NCBI RefSeq assembly: GCF_003704095.1
Contig: NW_020846216.1
Span: 1-64,000, forward strand
Length of the DNA stretch: 64,000 bases
Source: Pocillopora damicornis
Taxonomy: Eukaryota
Direction of reading: 5' to 3'
Shown piece after piece: positions 48,301 through 59,615 of the stretch. How positions within the stretch are numbered: the first letter of the stretch is position 1; every line of letters begins with the position of its first letter. Under the pieces are notes generated by a model. That model was not told where the DNA came from and ran no database searches. It was given only the letters and a program-made list of their open reading frames with translations. The position numbers and the translations under genes were made by a program.

Positions 48301-51300
48301 CTTGCAAATTAGTGGCAAGAATTTGGTGTACGATCAAGATAAGAACTTCTACCTGATAAGTTTGAGTATTCTCATTAACTGTTTGCTAAAAATAGTGAGG
48401 AAATTATAGGAAGAAGTTAAATGTTAGTCACTTCTGGGAGTTAAAGGGTTAAAAGAAAGCTGATGCTTAAACATATCATTTTCAGGCCTTCTTATTAATT
48501 AAAGTGCAGAGCTTAATCCTTTTTGTGGTTTCATTGCAGGGGATTCAAGAAATGTATTAGTGATGTTATTATGTCTCGGCGTGCTATTTCAAATATGAAT
48601 ACACTGTGAGTACCAGTAGATGTTTATTTCTGGGAACCCTTTCCCATTTGCCAACCTCATAGGACAGTTATGTCTATTCTCCAAACCAGAAGATTCTCTT
48701 CTTGGAGAACAGTTAACTTTGTCAAACAGAAACTGTTAAAGGATGAATTTTACTGGTGTACTTATTAATCAAGGCAAGTGCTGTGATGTAATTTTTTTTC
48801 CTTTGTGTCTTGTCTAGTTATCCAGATGCCACACCTGAAGAACTCCAACAAGGGGACAATGTATGCATTATATGTCGTGAAGAAATGACCACAGGCTGTA
48901 AAAAATTACCATGCAATCACATATTCCACACAAGCTGCTTACGCTCTTGGTTTCAAAGGCAGCAAACATGTCCAACATGTAGAATGGATGTACTCAGACC
49001 TCAGCCCCCACCACAGCCTCAGCAGCCGCCACCCCCACAAGCTCCTCAGCCCCCTTTTGGCTTCCATCCCATGGGGGTTCCTCCTCCGCCTATGGGAATT
49101 CCCCCTACTCCAGGGGTACCACCCCAAGGTCTACAAAATGGTAAGAACTTATTGGAAATGAGACTTATTTGTGCCTGTAAAAACTTCATGGTTGTGTTTT
49201 GTAAAACTTGCATCCTTCTTCCCTTAACTGATTTTTTTTGTCGTTGTTGTATTTTTTTTTTGCCTGATGTTTGCAGCACATACTTGATTGAGCACCCAAA
49301 CTACAAGAATTGTACTGGTTGAATCATACAAATAGGCTTTGTAAACCTGCTTCACATCAATCATTGTATCTGTTCCAATCTTTCTCTGAGAAGTGGAATA
49401 TGTATATACATGGTGCTTCTATCAAGTTTTGCGATTAATTGTTCAAGCTCATTCTCATATAATTTTCTCAACTCATCCCTTATTAACCCCTCAACTCCTA
49501 AGATCTGATTGTTAATTCTCCTCTCTTGCTGTTACATATTTATTTGTAAATTAGTTATGAGAATTTGGTGTTAGATCAAGATAACAACTTCTACCTGATA
49601 AGTTTGAGAATTCTCAATTCCTGTTTGCTGATAAAATGTATGGATATTATAAGGAGAAGTTACATGTTGATCACTTTTGGGAGATAAAGAGTGAAAGAAT
49701 ATAATTCACATCACTTGATACATGTTAACCCTTTGACCCCTACGAGTGACTAAAGGAGTTCTTGATTGTTAGACAAATTCTCCCTGTCAGCACTTTAGGA
49801 AATATATAGAGAACAGTTTGGAGAATATGATAACTGATGTTTGGGTATAAAGGGTTAATGTATTGTTTTTACTCTTAGCTCCTCCAGTCATGTTTCCTGG
49901 TTGGCCACCAATGGGTGTTCCTCCATTTCCACCAGGACAACAACCTCCTGTCCCATCACAAGCACCTGCCCCTGGTGTTACTTCTGCTACTGGTTCTAGT
50001 AGTCCTCCACAACCAGGTATAAACACAGCCCTTTTGTAATCTTTTTCTTCACATTTTATGGTATAAATCAGATGAGATGCTTTATCCAAGGCTGTCACTA
50101 AGTCTTGAAGTAGTTACTATGTTGGAGATATCACCCATAGCAGTGGGATGTGTGACCTGGTGTAATGTAACGGCAATCTATATCATGAACTTAATATATG
50201 ATATCAAGTGAGCTCAGTTGTAACAGGTGTTATACATAATTGAACATAATACGCATAATACACATTAACACAATCCTATTAACCACCCTGCAGATTTCTT
50301 TAAGTTGTTTTGCAAAACCAACACTATATGTCAGCCCCTCAAGGAAGAAAACATATTTCACCCTTTATCAGTAACTGCTATTGAAATGTGGCGGGTCATT
50401 CCAGAAACAAATTTCTTTCTAACATTTCATGCAAACTTCTGTGCAGTTATTGATATTTTCATGATGAACAAGCAAGTTTTTAATGTAACTTTGGCATAGA
50501 TCTCTGGTCTTGCGTGAAGGAATTTTGTGTTTTTGTATTTTTCTGGCAGGTCCAAGTTCAGCTCAGGATGCCAGCCAAACACAGGTGTTGTGCTTTTAAC
50601 TTCACTATCAATAACTTATATGAGACACAGCTGTGATTTATTTGTTTTAGTCTGTGGAAATAAATTTTATTTGCCAGGTTTCAACTCTTTTTGCATCAGA
50701 CTCAGTCAATATGTCTTACTGAGTTTTAATTGTAAAGTTCAGGACCCATTTGTTCAAAGGACAGATATTGCTATCTACCGGATAGAGATTTATCTGGTGT
50801 TTAGGGTTATCCAGCCTTTGAATGACTGAAGCCAGAATATTTTATTGTTTGGAGTTGCAAGACGAATTTCAAGATTTCTATTTGTTAAGTTTAGTGAAAG
50901 GTTGTTGACCAACTACTAAGGAAAAGCATGCCAACTGCTTTTGTCACTCATTGTATGCTTGTGGATCTCTGATTTAAATCACACATCATTAGCTTCTGAG
51001 TTTTTTAGTTGAACCACAGGCAAAAGGAATTATGAAAGACTTAAAGACAGACACTTAAGCTGTGTTTCCTTTCTGTTCTCAGTTATTTTTTATTTTCTCT
51101 TCTTCAGATGCCAGGATTTGGGATGCCTCCACCATTTATGTTTCCTCCACCTTTCATGATGCCACCTTTCATGTTTGGTAAGTTGTCAGGGTTTATTTGC
51201 TCAATGAAATACGATGCAATTGCTTTTATATGAGAAGAATTTTGATTAGTTCTACCTTATGATCTAATGGATAGTAGACCCATAGATGATGTCACAATAG

Positions 51301-52920
51301 AAATCATTTTCATTTTTATCATACAGTGCAAATTTATAGATTTGATGTTGCCAATGTTGTGTTCAGTTATGGATCACAGAAGACATCAAAAATCCTTTAA
51401 CCATTAAGAATGACCGACAGTTAATTTCTCCTTGCAGTATTAGCCTTAAATCAAATGTAAAGGCTGTAAGAATAAAGGAAATGCTTATCAATTTAAGAAG
51501 CTCATGATTATCAAGCAAATTCTCCTAGTCAATGCCATAAGAAATCTATAGAAAACAGTATGGAGAATCTGCACCCTGATGTTAGGATGTACAGGGTTAA
51601 ATGGGTGTGTGTGTGATTTTTTTCCTCATTAGGTGATCTCAGCATGCCTCCCAACATGGACTTTTCATCTCTAAATATTGAACAGCTGGTAGCTGTTGAA
51701 GGTCAGGAAAGACAGAATGTGGAAGCAAGAATAAACATGTTACGGACTGTACATGCCCTGCTGGATGCTGCCATAGTGCAGCTTAATCAATACACTCAGA
51801 TGGTAAATGTGCAGAGGTAAGTTAAGTAAATGAAAGCTCACGTAAAGCAATGATTCATGTGTGTGTGCTGGAATTTATGCAATTTCAGCGAAGAAACCAA
51901 AAATAAAATCAGGCTTCAACAGGGTTCAAACTCCTGCTTCCCAGATACTATTTGGCAGGTACACGTCAGGAGCAAGGCACAGTTTAGAGGGTTCTTCAAT
52001 CCTGTAGAGGAATCCATATCATTAAAATTGTGATTAAATTAATGTTCTTGATCAATTTTTAAATGGTCCTTAAGGGAAAGCTGCAATCCACTTTATGATT
52101 GGTTCTTTCCTGAAAAGGAATCTGATCACATTTTCTTTCGTTTAAAATTATTATTGAATTAGTGTTCTAGGTCAATTTTTAAATGATCCTGGTGGGAAAA
52201 CTTCATTCCACTTTGTGGTTGGTTCAGAAAGTCAGAGCTTTTTGCTCAACCAGTGGGATGCAAAGCTCAAACTAACCACAAGTTGGTAACCCACAGAGCG
52301 GAAAAGAGGGAGGCCTGGTACGGAGTCTACCTACTCCACCACTACCTTTGTTCCGTTTACAATCGCGCGTCGTTTTACTGACTGAACACAGTAATTCCCC
52401 TCACGTGACTACCTCGAGGCAGACTAGCTTCCTTGCCTGCCACAAACAGTAGACCCATTTGCTAAATCACCTCCGACTTTTCTTTGCTTCTCACACTGCG
52501 TATTTGTCTTTCAGACAACCGCCCTTAAATGTTCCTCAGCCGTCGACCTCAGCGGGACCCTCAGGATATGGGACCGCGGAAGCAGGTCCCTCGGGATTAG
52601 GAACGACAGAAAATGGTCCCTCGGAATTGGGGTCAGGAGGCGCACAATCTTCGGTACTCGGCGGAACGACAAAGACAGCGGGAACGAATACATTCTTATC
52701 CGCTGGGAAGTCATCTTCACCTACACCTGGACCTTCCGCAGAGTCTGATTCTTCAGCTTCTGAATACTCGGCGGCAAAAGCCGCAGTTTCAACAGATAAA
52801 GACATTTCGCAAACAGAACTGAACTCAAATGACGAGAACTCTGAAATAAGGCGGCGTAGACTGGAGCGCTTTTCGAGCACCACGAATCAAGACAGTGGTG
52901 ATAAGGAGCACGAGAACTGA
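45301..52920 (+). CDS. SYVN1: E3 ubiquitin ligase synoviolin / HRD1
   Basis: Exons 45301-45429, 45569-45661, 46028-46333, 47142-47268, 47714-47813, 48540-48605, 48818-49140, 49879-50016, 50550-50584, 51108-51177, 51633-51816, 52515-52920. Motifs QFYPSVVYLTKS, FFGQLRAAE, ERSWYAVTETCLAFTVFRDDF, RING-H2 CIICREEM..KKLPCNHIFHTSCLRSWFQRQQTCPTCR and EIRRRRLERF. Confidence 0.97.
48241..48452 (+). mobile_element. piggyBac-like MITE (family A)
   Basis: TTAA-tcctttaactcccaag...ctgggagttaaaggg-TTAA: TIRs plus TTAA target duplication. Confidence 0.85.
49483..49858 (+). mobile_element. Two adjacent piggyBac-like MITEs (family A 49483-49695; internally deleted family B 49725-49858)
   Basis: Both begin TTAAccc; the second ends aagggTTAA. 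Internal sequences match the other copies. Confidence 0.75.
51392..51600 (+). mobile_element. piggyBac-like MITE (family B)
   Basis: Internal match to the 62052 copy; ends cagggTTAA. Confidence 0.7.
52052..52225. repeat. Imperfect direct repeat, ~54 bp twice, 120 bp apart
   Basis: tcaatttttaaatg(g/a)tcct...gggaaa.ct.ca.tccacttt.tg.ttggttc at 52052 and 52172. Confidence 0.7.
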
Positions 52921-53904
52921 TAATGTATATTGCTGTTAGACACGGATAGTTTTCAGGAATCTTAATGAATATGGACATGCCACCTTCGAACAAAGCAGTG
53001 AGCAGTGACTCTTAATGTAAAATCTTATTTAAAGTTTTTAGTTTCAGACCGGTGAATGAAATGAGTTCCCAAGCTTCTTCGGTGTCGGGAAGAATGAGAC
53101 AGATTCCAAGGAAATGTTTCTTGTAAAGGACAACAAACAAACACATAGGACATCTTTCTTGAGAAAGGCAACATCCAAGAGAAGGAAATCTAGAAAAATT
53201 AAATTTAATTGAAATAACTATTAGTTTTTCAGGGATATTTTTCATATTTCTAAACCCATATGGAATATATAAAACAACAAGGTGTGGAAATTGATTTCCT
53301 GGCTAGTAAATGTCTGCTAAGAGGCTTTGAGGACCTTTGAAGTAAGACATATTGAAGTTTATATGAAACTGTGGGCGAGTGTAGCTTAAAAATTTCGCTG
53401 TCGGTATCAAAATAGCCTAAAGTTAATATTTGAAAATGATTGTGATAAAATAGAGAGGAAGACTTAAAAACATACTCTGTCGGTTGAGGCCCGATTTTGA
53501 TCGCTCTCTCGGATCCAGTCTTCCTTCCCGTGTGATCGAAAACATTTTAGTAAACAAAAAGCGAGCAAGCCCAAAAGACGCGTTCAGTAACGTTAAAAAA
53601 AGCATATAGTTTATTTCCGTTCATTTGTTTACAAGGACACATCACAATTTGAAACTCAGTTGAATAACATCACTTTCAGCCAAAATAGATTTTCCCATAT
53701 CTGAACGACAAACTGATCAAATAATACTAGCAGATTCGTGATGACTTGATTTGTTATAAGGAAAATGAATTTTGTTGTTTAGAACAAGGATATCTACGGA
53801 TTGAAATGACAAAAACTATTATCACTAGCACAAATAATTTATATCGGTTTATTGTACATGATGAATTTAACGGTCACAAGGTTATTTCACGGACTGATTC
53901 GAGC

Positions 53905-54055
53905 GATAGTCTCAGGACGAAGGGCTAACTCTTGAAACGTCGGCTTCAAAAATTCTGTACGGTGGCTAATTTACATCATCATGTCAGTAGATAAAAGAAA
54001 ATTGTCGACCTCCTTCCGACGCCGCAGCACAGTTGGAAACTTACCCCCTTTATTT
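53905..54055 (+). mobile_element. Penelope-like / retrozyme-type repeat relic with degenerate minimal hammerhead
   Basis: (g)gacgaagggctaactcttgaaacgtcggctt...acggtggctaatttacat...ccgacgc..cacagtt..aaacttacccc resembles the cnidarian repeat ctgacgaagggctaacgctcgaaacgtcagc (recognised from memory). Confidence 0.65.
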
Positions 54056-56373
54056 TACTGAGGAAGTTGATTAACAAATCGTGAAACTCGCATATCTCAA
54101 GTAAGATTCCGCTTTGGCTGATTGAGAGCCTTTTTAGAGAGAAAAAAACATCAACTATGACTCGGAGTAGGTATTCGAAAGAGGAGGAAGTTTACTCTAA
54201 TAGTGTCACTCGCTTGATTGATGATTCTTCCTTAGTAACCGTTCACGGAAGCTGTATCAAAATGTGACATGAAGAAGCTCTAACAGCGGAATTTGTTTGT
54301 AGTAGTAACCAGAACTTATTTCATTCGTTTAAGTTTTCTCCATCTTCTTGTTCGATACCATAATTATTCCTTTTTATCGAAAGTTTTCTCCTTTACAGGG
54401 TTGAAATTTTGATCACTCTTGCACGCAGCTTGTAATTCGGTTACATCATCATTACCGTCATCCGCTTTACGAACTAGACGGATACGCTAAAAATATCACC
54501 AACGAGTTCAAAAAACAGGTTCAGTTGTTGACACCAGTCCAACAAAAGCTTGTCATGCTTTCCCCAGTGTCTATAAGTTACGTTGCCGGCAAGTTGCTAA
54601 GGCTCTGATCTTAAAGATATCTTAAGGATAAGGCTTGGGATAAATTCTTTCCTACGAATCAAATCACTTGCAAACAAGCGAAAAGGTAAGCAAGATAAGA
54701 ACGGTCATAACCCCGGGCCGCGCTAACCACGGCGAGCGTTGATGCAGTTTATACGGTTTCACAGCTCACATGTTTGTTTCTTAATATTACATCACGCCGA
54801 AAAAATAATACCGTCGCAATTGGATTTATGCTCACCGCTTTTTGAACAACCAGCTCGCGTATTAAACGAAGAGCGATAGTTTTTGGAGAGAAAGCAGTAT
54901 GTTGATCTCTCGTGCCCCAAGAAAATCGGCAGATCGCAAGAAAAAAATATTTAAAAGAAGCATCTACTTGTCAACTTAATAATTACGAATGCACAATATC
55001 TTCTTTAAATTTGGATACCTTAATAAATCAAAAAAACCATTGCTGACAAAGCCATACAAAAGAAGGAAAATTAATTGACCATTGCTAAATTCCTGTTGTC
55101 AGGTATTCGAAGTAAATTCTTTCGCCAGCCACGGTTTCTTTGAGGGCAATTCAAACATTTGTGTAAAAGCAGAGAGTAGTTTTTCGAGATGGTTCTCCTT
55201 TAGCATTGCTCTCAAAAAAAAAGTGGCGCTTACCACGAAAAACTGAAATAATCAACTTGAGCTTCTTTCATTTGTGAATAGCGGACTCTTCCGGCAGAGT
55301 AATTTGAAAAATCATTTGTTGTCATAAGGATTAAATGAATACGGTAAAAAATTAGTTAATCAACAGGTGAATTGAGGTGAATCTGTAGTCTTAGATCTTC
55401 ATATTTGGAGGTAAAAAGTCTCCAGCTTTCTTAGTTTCCAACAAAATAAAAACACGTACCATGAAGATTGAGAAAAATAGGTGCGATATTAAATGAAATG
55501 CACAAACAATCAAAGTGCTTGTGCTGACGTGGCGAAACGATTACGTGGCCAAGTAATTACTTCGATCAGAATTCTTACCAGACTTGTTCGGGATTCGAAG
55601 GAGTAGAAACATATTTTAAAAAAATTAAACTATACGAGTTAAAAGAAAACTTTGTGAATGTCACTAAGGATAAGTGAAACACCACATCGTTTTAAGTGCT
55701 AAGTAAAAAAAAATAAATATGGAGGAAAGAGAGGATAATTTAAGGCTTTCATTTCACTTTTGAGGGCTTATAGTACAGAGAGCATAGGGTCTTGCTTTTT
55801 CGTGAATAACCAAAGAAGTGAATGAGGTTTGATTAATTCAGTTTCAGTCGAAATAGTGCAACTGAGAATTTTATTCAATTCAAAAAATAAGAGGAAGGAA
55901 CTAGCTGTATCTGGATACTAGTGTACGTTAAGTCCTTCGTTTTACTAGGAAAACGAGAATGGCAAATGTTCAAATTTACCTCAATAAACAAGGATTTAAG
56001 GACTTCATTTGGGGGAAACAGGGAGCAGGTAATTATTTCTTCCGGAAAATTGAAAGAATGAGACCCAGATAAAGATAAATCTTTTCAAGGAATACGGAAA
56101 ATAAGGGGTTTGCCTAGAAGAAAAAAAAAGTCATTCGAGTTAGTTTGTATAGGGAATGGATGGATTGCAATGATTCCTTTCAGCTAACAGAGGCAGAGAG
56201 ACATTTTTTGACCCTTTTATGGACTGAAACATTTTGATCCTGAAAACTCTTCCTGTAAAACAAAGGACAATTGCAATTTTTTCAACATATTTGTATAAAC
56301 CAGGATTACTAAATGACAGTCATAGCAGAATGCCTGATTTAAACTTTCCTTTAGGTTCAAATTACAAGCAAAG

Positions 56374-58231
56374 ATGTCTCGTTTTTTGGTGATATTTCTC
56401 CTTGCTGTGATATCAAGTGGTTCAGGTGCGTTAATGTTTCTCTTGGTCAGTTTCAATAGTGTTTACACCCTAACATCAAACACACTGAAAATGATCCCCA
56501 ATTGAAGAAGCTCTTGATTGTAAACAAATTCTTCCTGTATGAACCTTAGGAAATGTATAGAGAACAGTATGGAGAATATGCATCTTGATGCTAAGGTGTT
56601 ATGGTTTAGTCAGAATATAAGAGCTTATAAGATTTCTTTAAGACCTTCAGAAAAGAAGTTCAGCCGAGCATTTGTTTTTACGGAACCTCTTTTGTATTTT
56701 TAGAGGGAAGTTTCTTTCGTCGAGTTTGTGAACATCAGCGGATGAGGATAAATTGCGGCTCGAAGGTCATCAACATCGTAAGCGCTACTTACGGACGCAC
56801 CCGGAGAGGAATTTGTGGATTTAGAAATAATAGAAACACCAATTGTCATGCTGGAACATCCATGATGGTCGCTAAATATGAGTGTCAAGGACAGTCAAAG
56901 TGCACATTGCACGCTAAAAACTCAGCCTTTGGAGACCCGTGCGTGGGCACTTTCAAATATCTGGAAGTAGGTCACAACTTGTATTTTCAAAAAATTACCT
57001 TAAATATATANNNNNNNNNNNNNNNNNNNNNNNNNNNNNNNNNNNNNNNNNNNNNNNNNNNNNNNNNNNNNNNNNNNNNNNNNNNNNNNNNNNNNNNNNN
57101 NNNNNNNNNNNNNNNNNNNNNNNNNNNNNNNNNNNNNNNNNNNNNNNNNNNNNNNNNNNNNNNNNNNNNNNNNNNNNNNNNNNNNNNNNNNNNNNNNNNN
57201 NNNNNNNNNNNNNNNNNTTTTTTCCCGCTTTTTTTTGGTTGCAGAACTCAGCGACATTTAGGTAACTAGATTATTAACTATTTCCTCCCCTTATCTTTCT
57301 CTCATCAGAGTTTCACTTTATTGATTTTATTTTTTTTTAAAAGGTGAGGTATGAGTGCGTACCAAAATCACAAGTCCGAGACTCAGTTTTACTGCGAATC
57401 TGTGAGCACCGCACGCAGACAATCAGGTGTCCTTCATGCAAACCGAAGATCAACATCGTATCAGCAAACTATGGCCGTTTAACTGGTGGCCACATCTGTG
57501 GAGGACGAGTACGAACCACGAACTGCGGAGCTGCGGGATCGCTCGACAAAGTGAAAAGATCCTGCCAGGGGAAACGCAGCTGCCGTTTGACAGCATCAAA
57601 TGGGATCTATGGGGATCCTTGTGTTGGTACATATAAGTATCTTGAGGTAAGAGTAACTCAATTTTATTTTTAAACTCTCCTTTTTTCCCTCTGTACCTCG
57701 ATATCGAGTTCAGCAGGACCTAAACTACCTCATTTTTTTCCACCAAGCTGGAAACTACTGACATTTTAAAGTGCAGGCTCAGCCAAAACAGAGTCAAAAC
57801 ATCTGCGCATGGGCAAACATTGAAACTTGAAGAGGCAGCGTCGCGCATTGTAATCACTTTCAATAAATGATAATAAATTACGTCAAGACGCACAATATTT
57901 TCACTGTGTTTTAAAAAGTAAAGTGAGAAAATAGCCTTAGGTAGAGCAATTTTGACTTGAATGTCGACAACAATCGAAGTTAAATTTGTTTTGTTTCACG
58001 TCGCTGTGTGATTGGTGCAGAAAACTCACGCGATCATTTCACTTTCTCTCAACCAGATGGAAACTTCATGGCAATCGCTACATGGTCACACGCATTTTCC
58101 CGCGCTTTTTTTTTTTTTTTTTTTTTTTTTCATCATGAGTTCTTATTGGTCCTATGATTGTTTTCTTTATTCTAATTTACCTTTGTGATTTTTTCATTTA
58201 TCAACAGGTCAGATACAGATGTGAGGAGTGA
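56374..58231 (+). CDS. Secreted rhamnose/galactose-binding lectin with at least two tandem SUEL (Gal_Lectin) domains
   Basis: Exons 56374-56425 (signal peptide MSRFLVIFLLAVISSGS), 56704-56966, 57344-57646, 58208-58231. Each domain has CE, A(T/N)YGR, GDPCVGT(F/Y)KYLEVRYxC and 8 conserved Cys. An N-gap lies in intron 2. Confidence 0.92.
57011..57217. other. Assembly gap (207 N)
   Basis: Run of n characters. Confidence 1.
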
Positions 58232-58699
58232 TAGCACATGGTCAGCGGGCGTCAGAGGTTGAAAGTTCATGAAACAGAAATGATTCAATGTAGTACATAG
58301 AGCTTAGTAAAAGAGATCATTAAAGTCCTCTCGACGCTAATAAATGTCCGTGGTCACCTTGTATCTGCTTCAATTCTTGCACGGCCTAAAACGGGAGTGA
58401 TTTTCAAAAGATCGACAAAGCGATAGCGTAAATTGGAAAGAAAGATATCTGCCAACCTGGCGATGTGAGGGGCCAGCATTAACCCTCTCTCCCCTCTCAC
58501 TCACTTCAAAAACTTGCACTACCTCTCGATCAGACTTTTTCGGTTTTAGGGAACCAAAAGTTGTAGCTCAGCCTGGGAAAATAAGCTGTGCGCACTGACT
58601 TCTAAAAAACCCAAAGCACTGGTAACACGTTCGTTGTCCATCAGACGCAGTCAAGGTCCTAAATGGACCGAATGCCCCTTAGCAGCCAGAAATATTTAC

Positions 58700-59004
58700 A
58701 GAATTTGCGCGGAAGGTTCTTTCAAACTTCTTAAGAGTATCAGATGTTAGATTAGAAATGTCAAGAAGTTCCAAAAATTACGACAGCTCTTTGAGGGACG
58801 AATTTTCCGAGCTTGTGCTTGCCGAAAAAGTTATTTTTCTTTTCTCTTTTTACACTAAATAAACAGTTTTTTACCAAGTGATTTTACAGAATGCACAAGC
58901 TCGGAAAATTCGTCCGCAAAAATACCAAGATAATATGTGGCACCGCTTGACATTTGTAGCTAAATATCTGATAAAAAGTTGAAGAATGTTTCCGAGCAAA
59001 CTCT
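58700..59004. repeat. ~305 bp imperfect palindrome (foldback element)
   Basis: Perfect 23 bp inverted repeat ggacgaattttccgagcttgtgc (58796-58818) / gcacaagctcggaaaattcgtcc (58893-58915). Imperfect pairing extends outward (tatcagat..gaaatgtcaag / cttgacattt..atctgata). Confidence 0.85.
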
Positions 59005-59298
59005 CACTGCCGGGCATATATAGACCCGCGTAGCATGCAACTAAAACGCGTACGCCAAAACGAACTTCAAATCTGTGAGGAAAATTTACTGTTTCAGTTT
59101 TGTTTAGTGATTCATCAAACTATTCTTCCCCGCTGACGATTTCAATTGTTTTTGACGCTTTCTAATAAGGCCTCGTTAAGCTTTTTGCGCTTACCTGCTA
59201 AACAATTTACGCAATTGCAGATGATTCACACGTGTTTGAATGCGTTTGACTTATGACCCAATTTCCCGAGGGAGAACGAACAAACATCGTTTACAACT

Positions 59299-59311
59299 GT
59301 TGCATAGCAAC
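59299..59311. promoter_or_regulatory. RFX X-box candidate
   Basis: GTTGCATAGCAAC, ~305 bp upstream of the ATG at 59616. Confidence 0.55.
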
Positions 59312-59615
59312 TGTCCAAGTAGTTCATTCTAACGCCGGTCTTATTTACGGATTCCCACAGAGGCAATACGCTACAAAAAGCTACTACACGTAACTTTTAC
59401 GACGACTGCATTTTCGTGGAAACAGGGTAGTTCGTGGGAGAAAGAAATAAGATTTTGTGGTCCAACAGAAACATGCGTGGAATTTTGACGAATATGATTG
59501 ATATTTGTGGTGAAAGCACAACGTAAAGTTTTTAAGCTGTCTACAATTTGATTAGTTGGGCAGTAATGGGTTCATTCGACTACAGGTAAAGAGTAGCTTC
59601 TGGTAGCTTAAAGCT

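Noticed and set aside
55525-55550. UPRE/G-box-like TGACGTGG upstream of the lectin
   Set aside because: Isolated short motif ~840 bp from the ATG, in a context resembling a common interspersed repeat.
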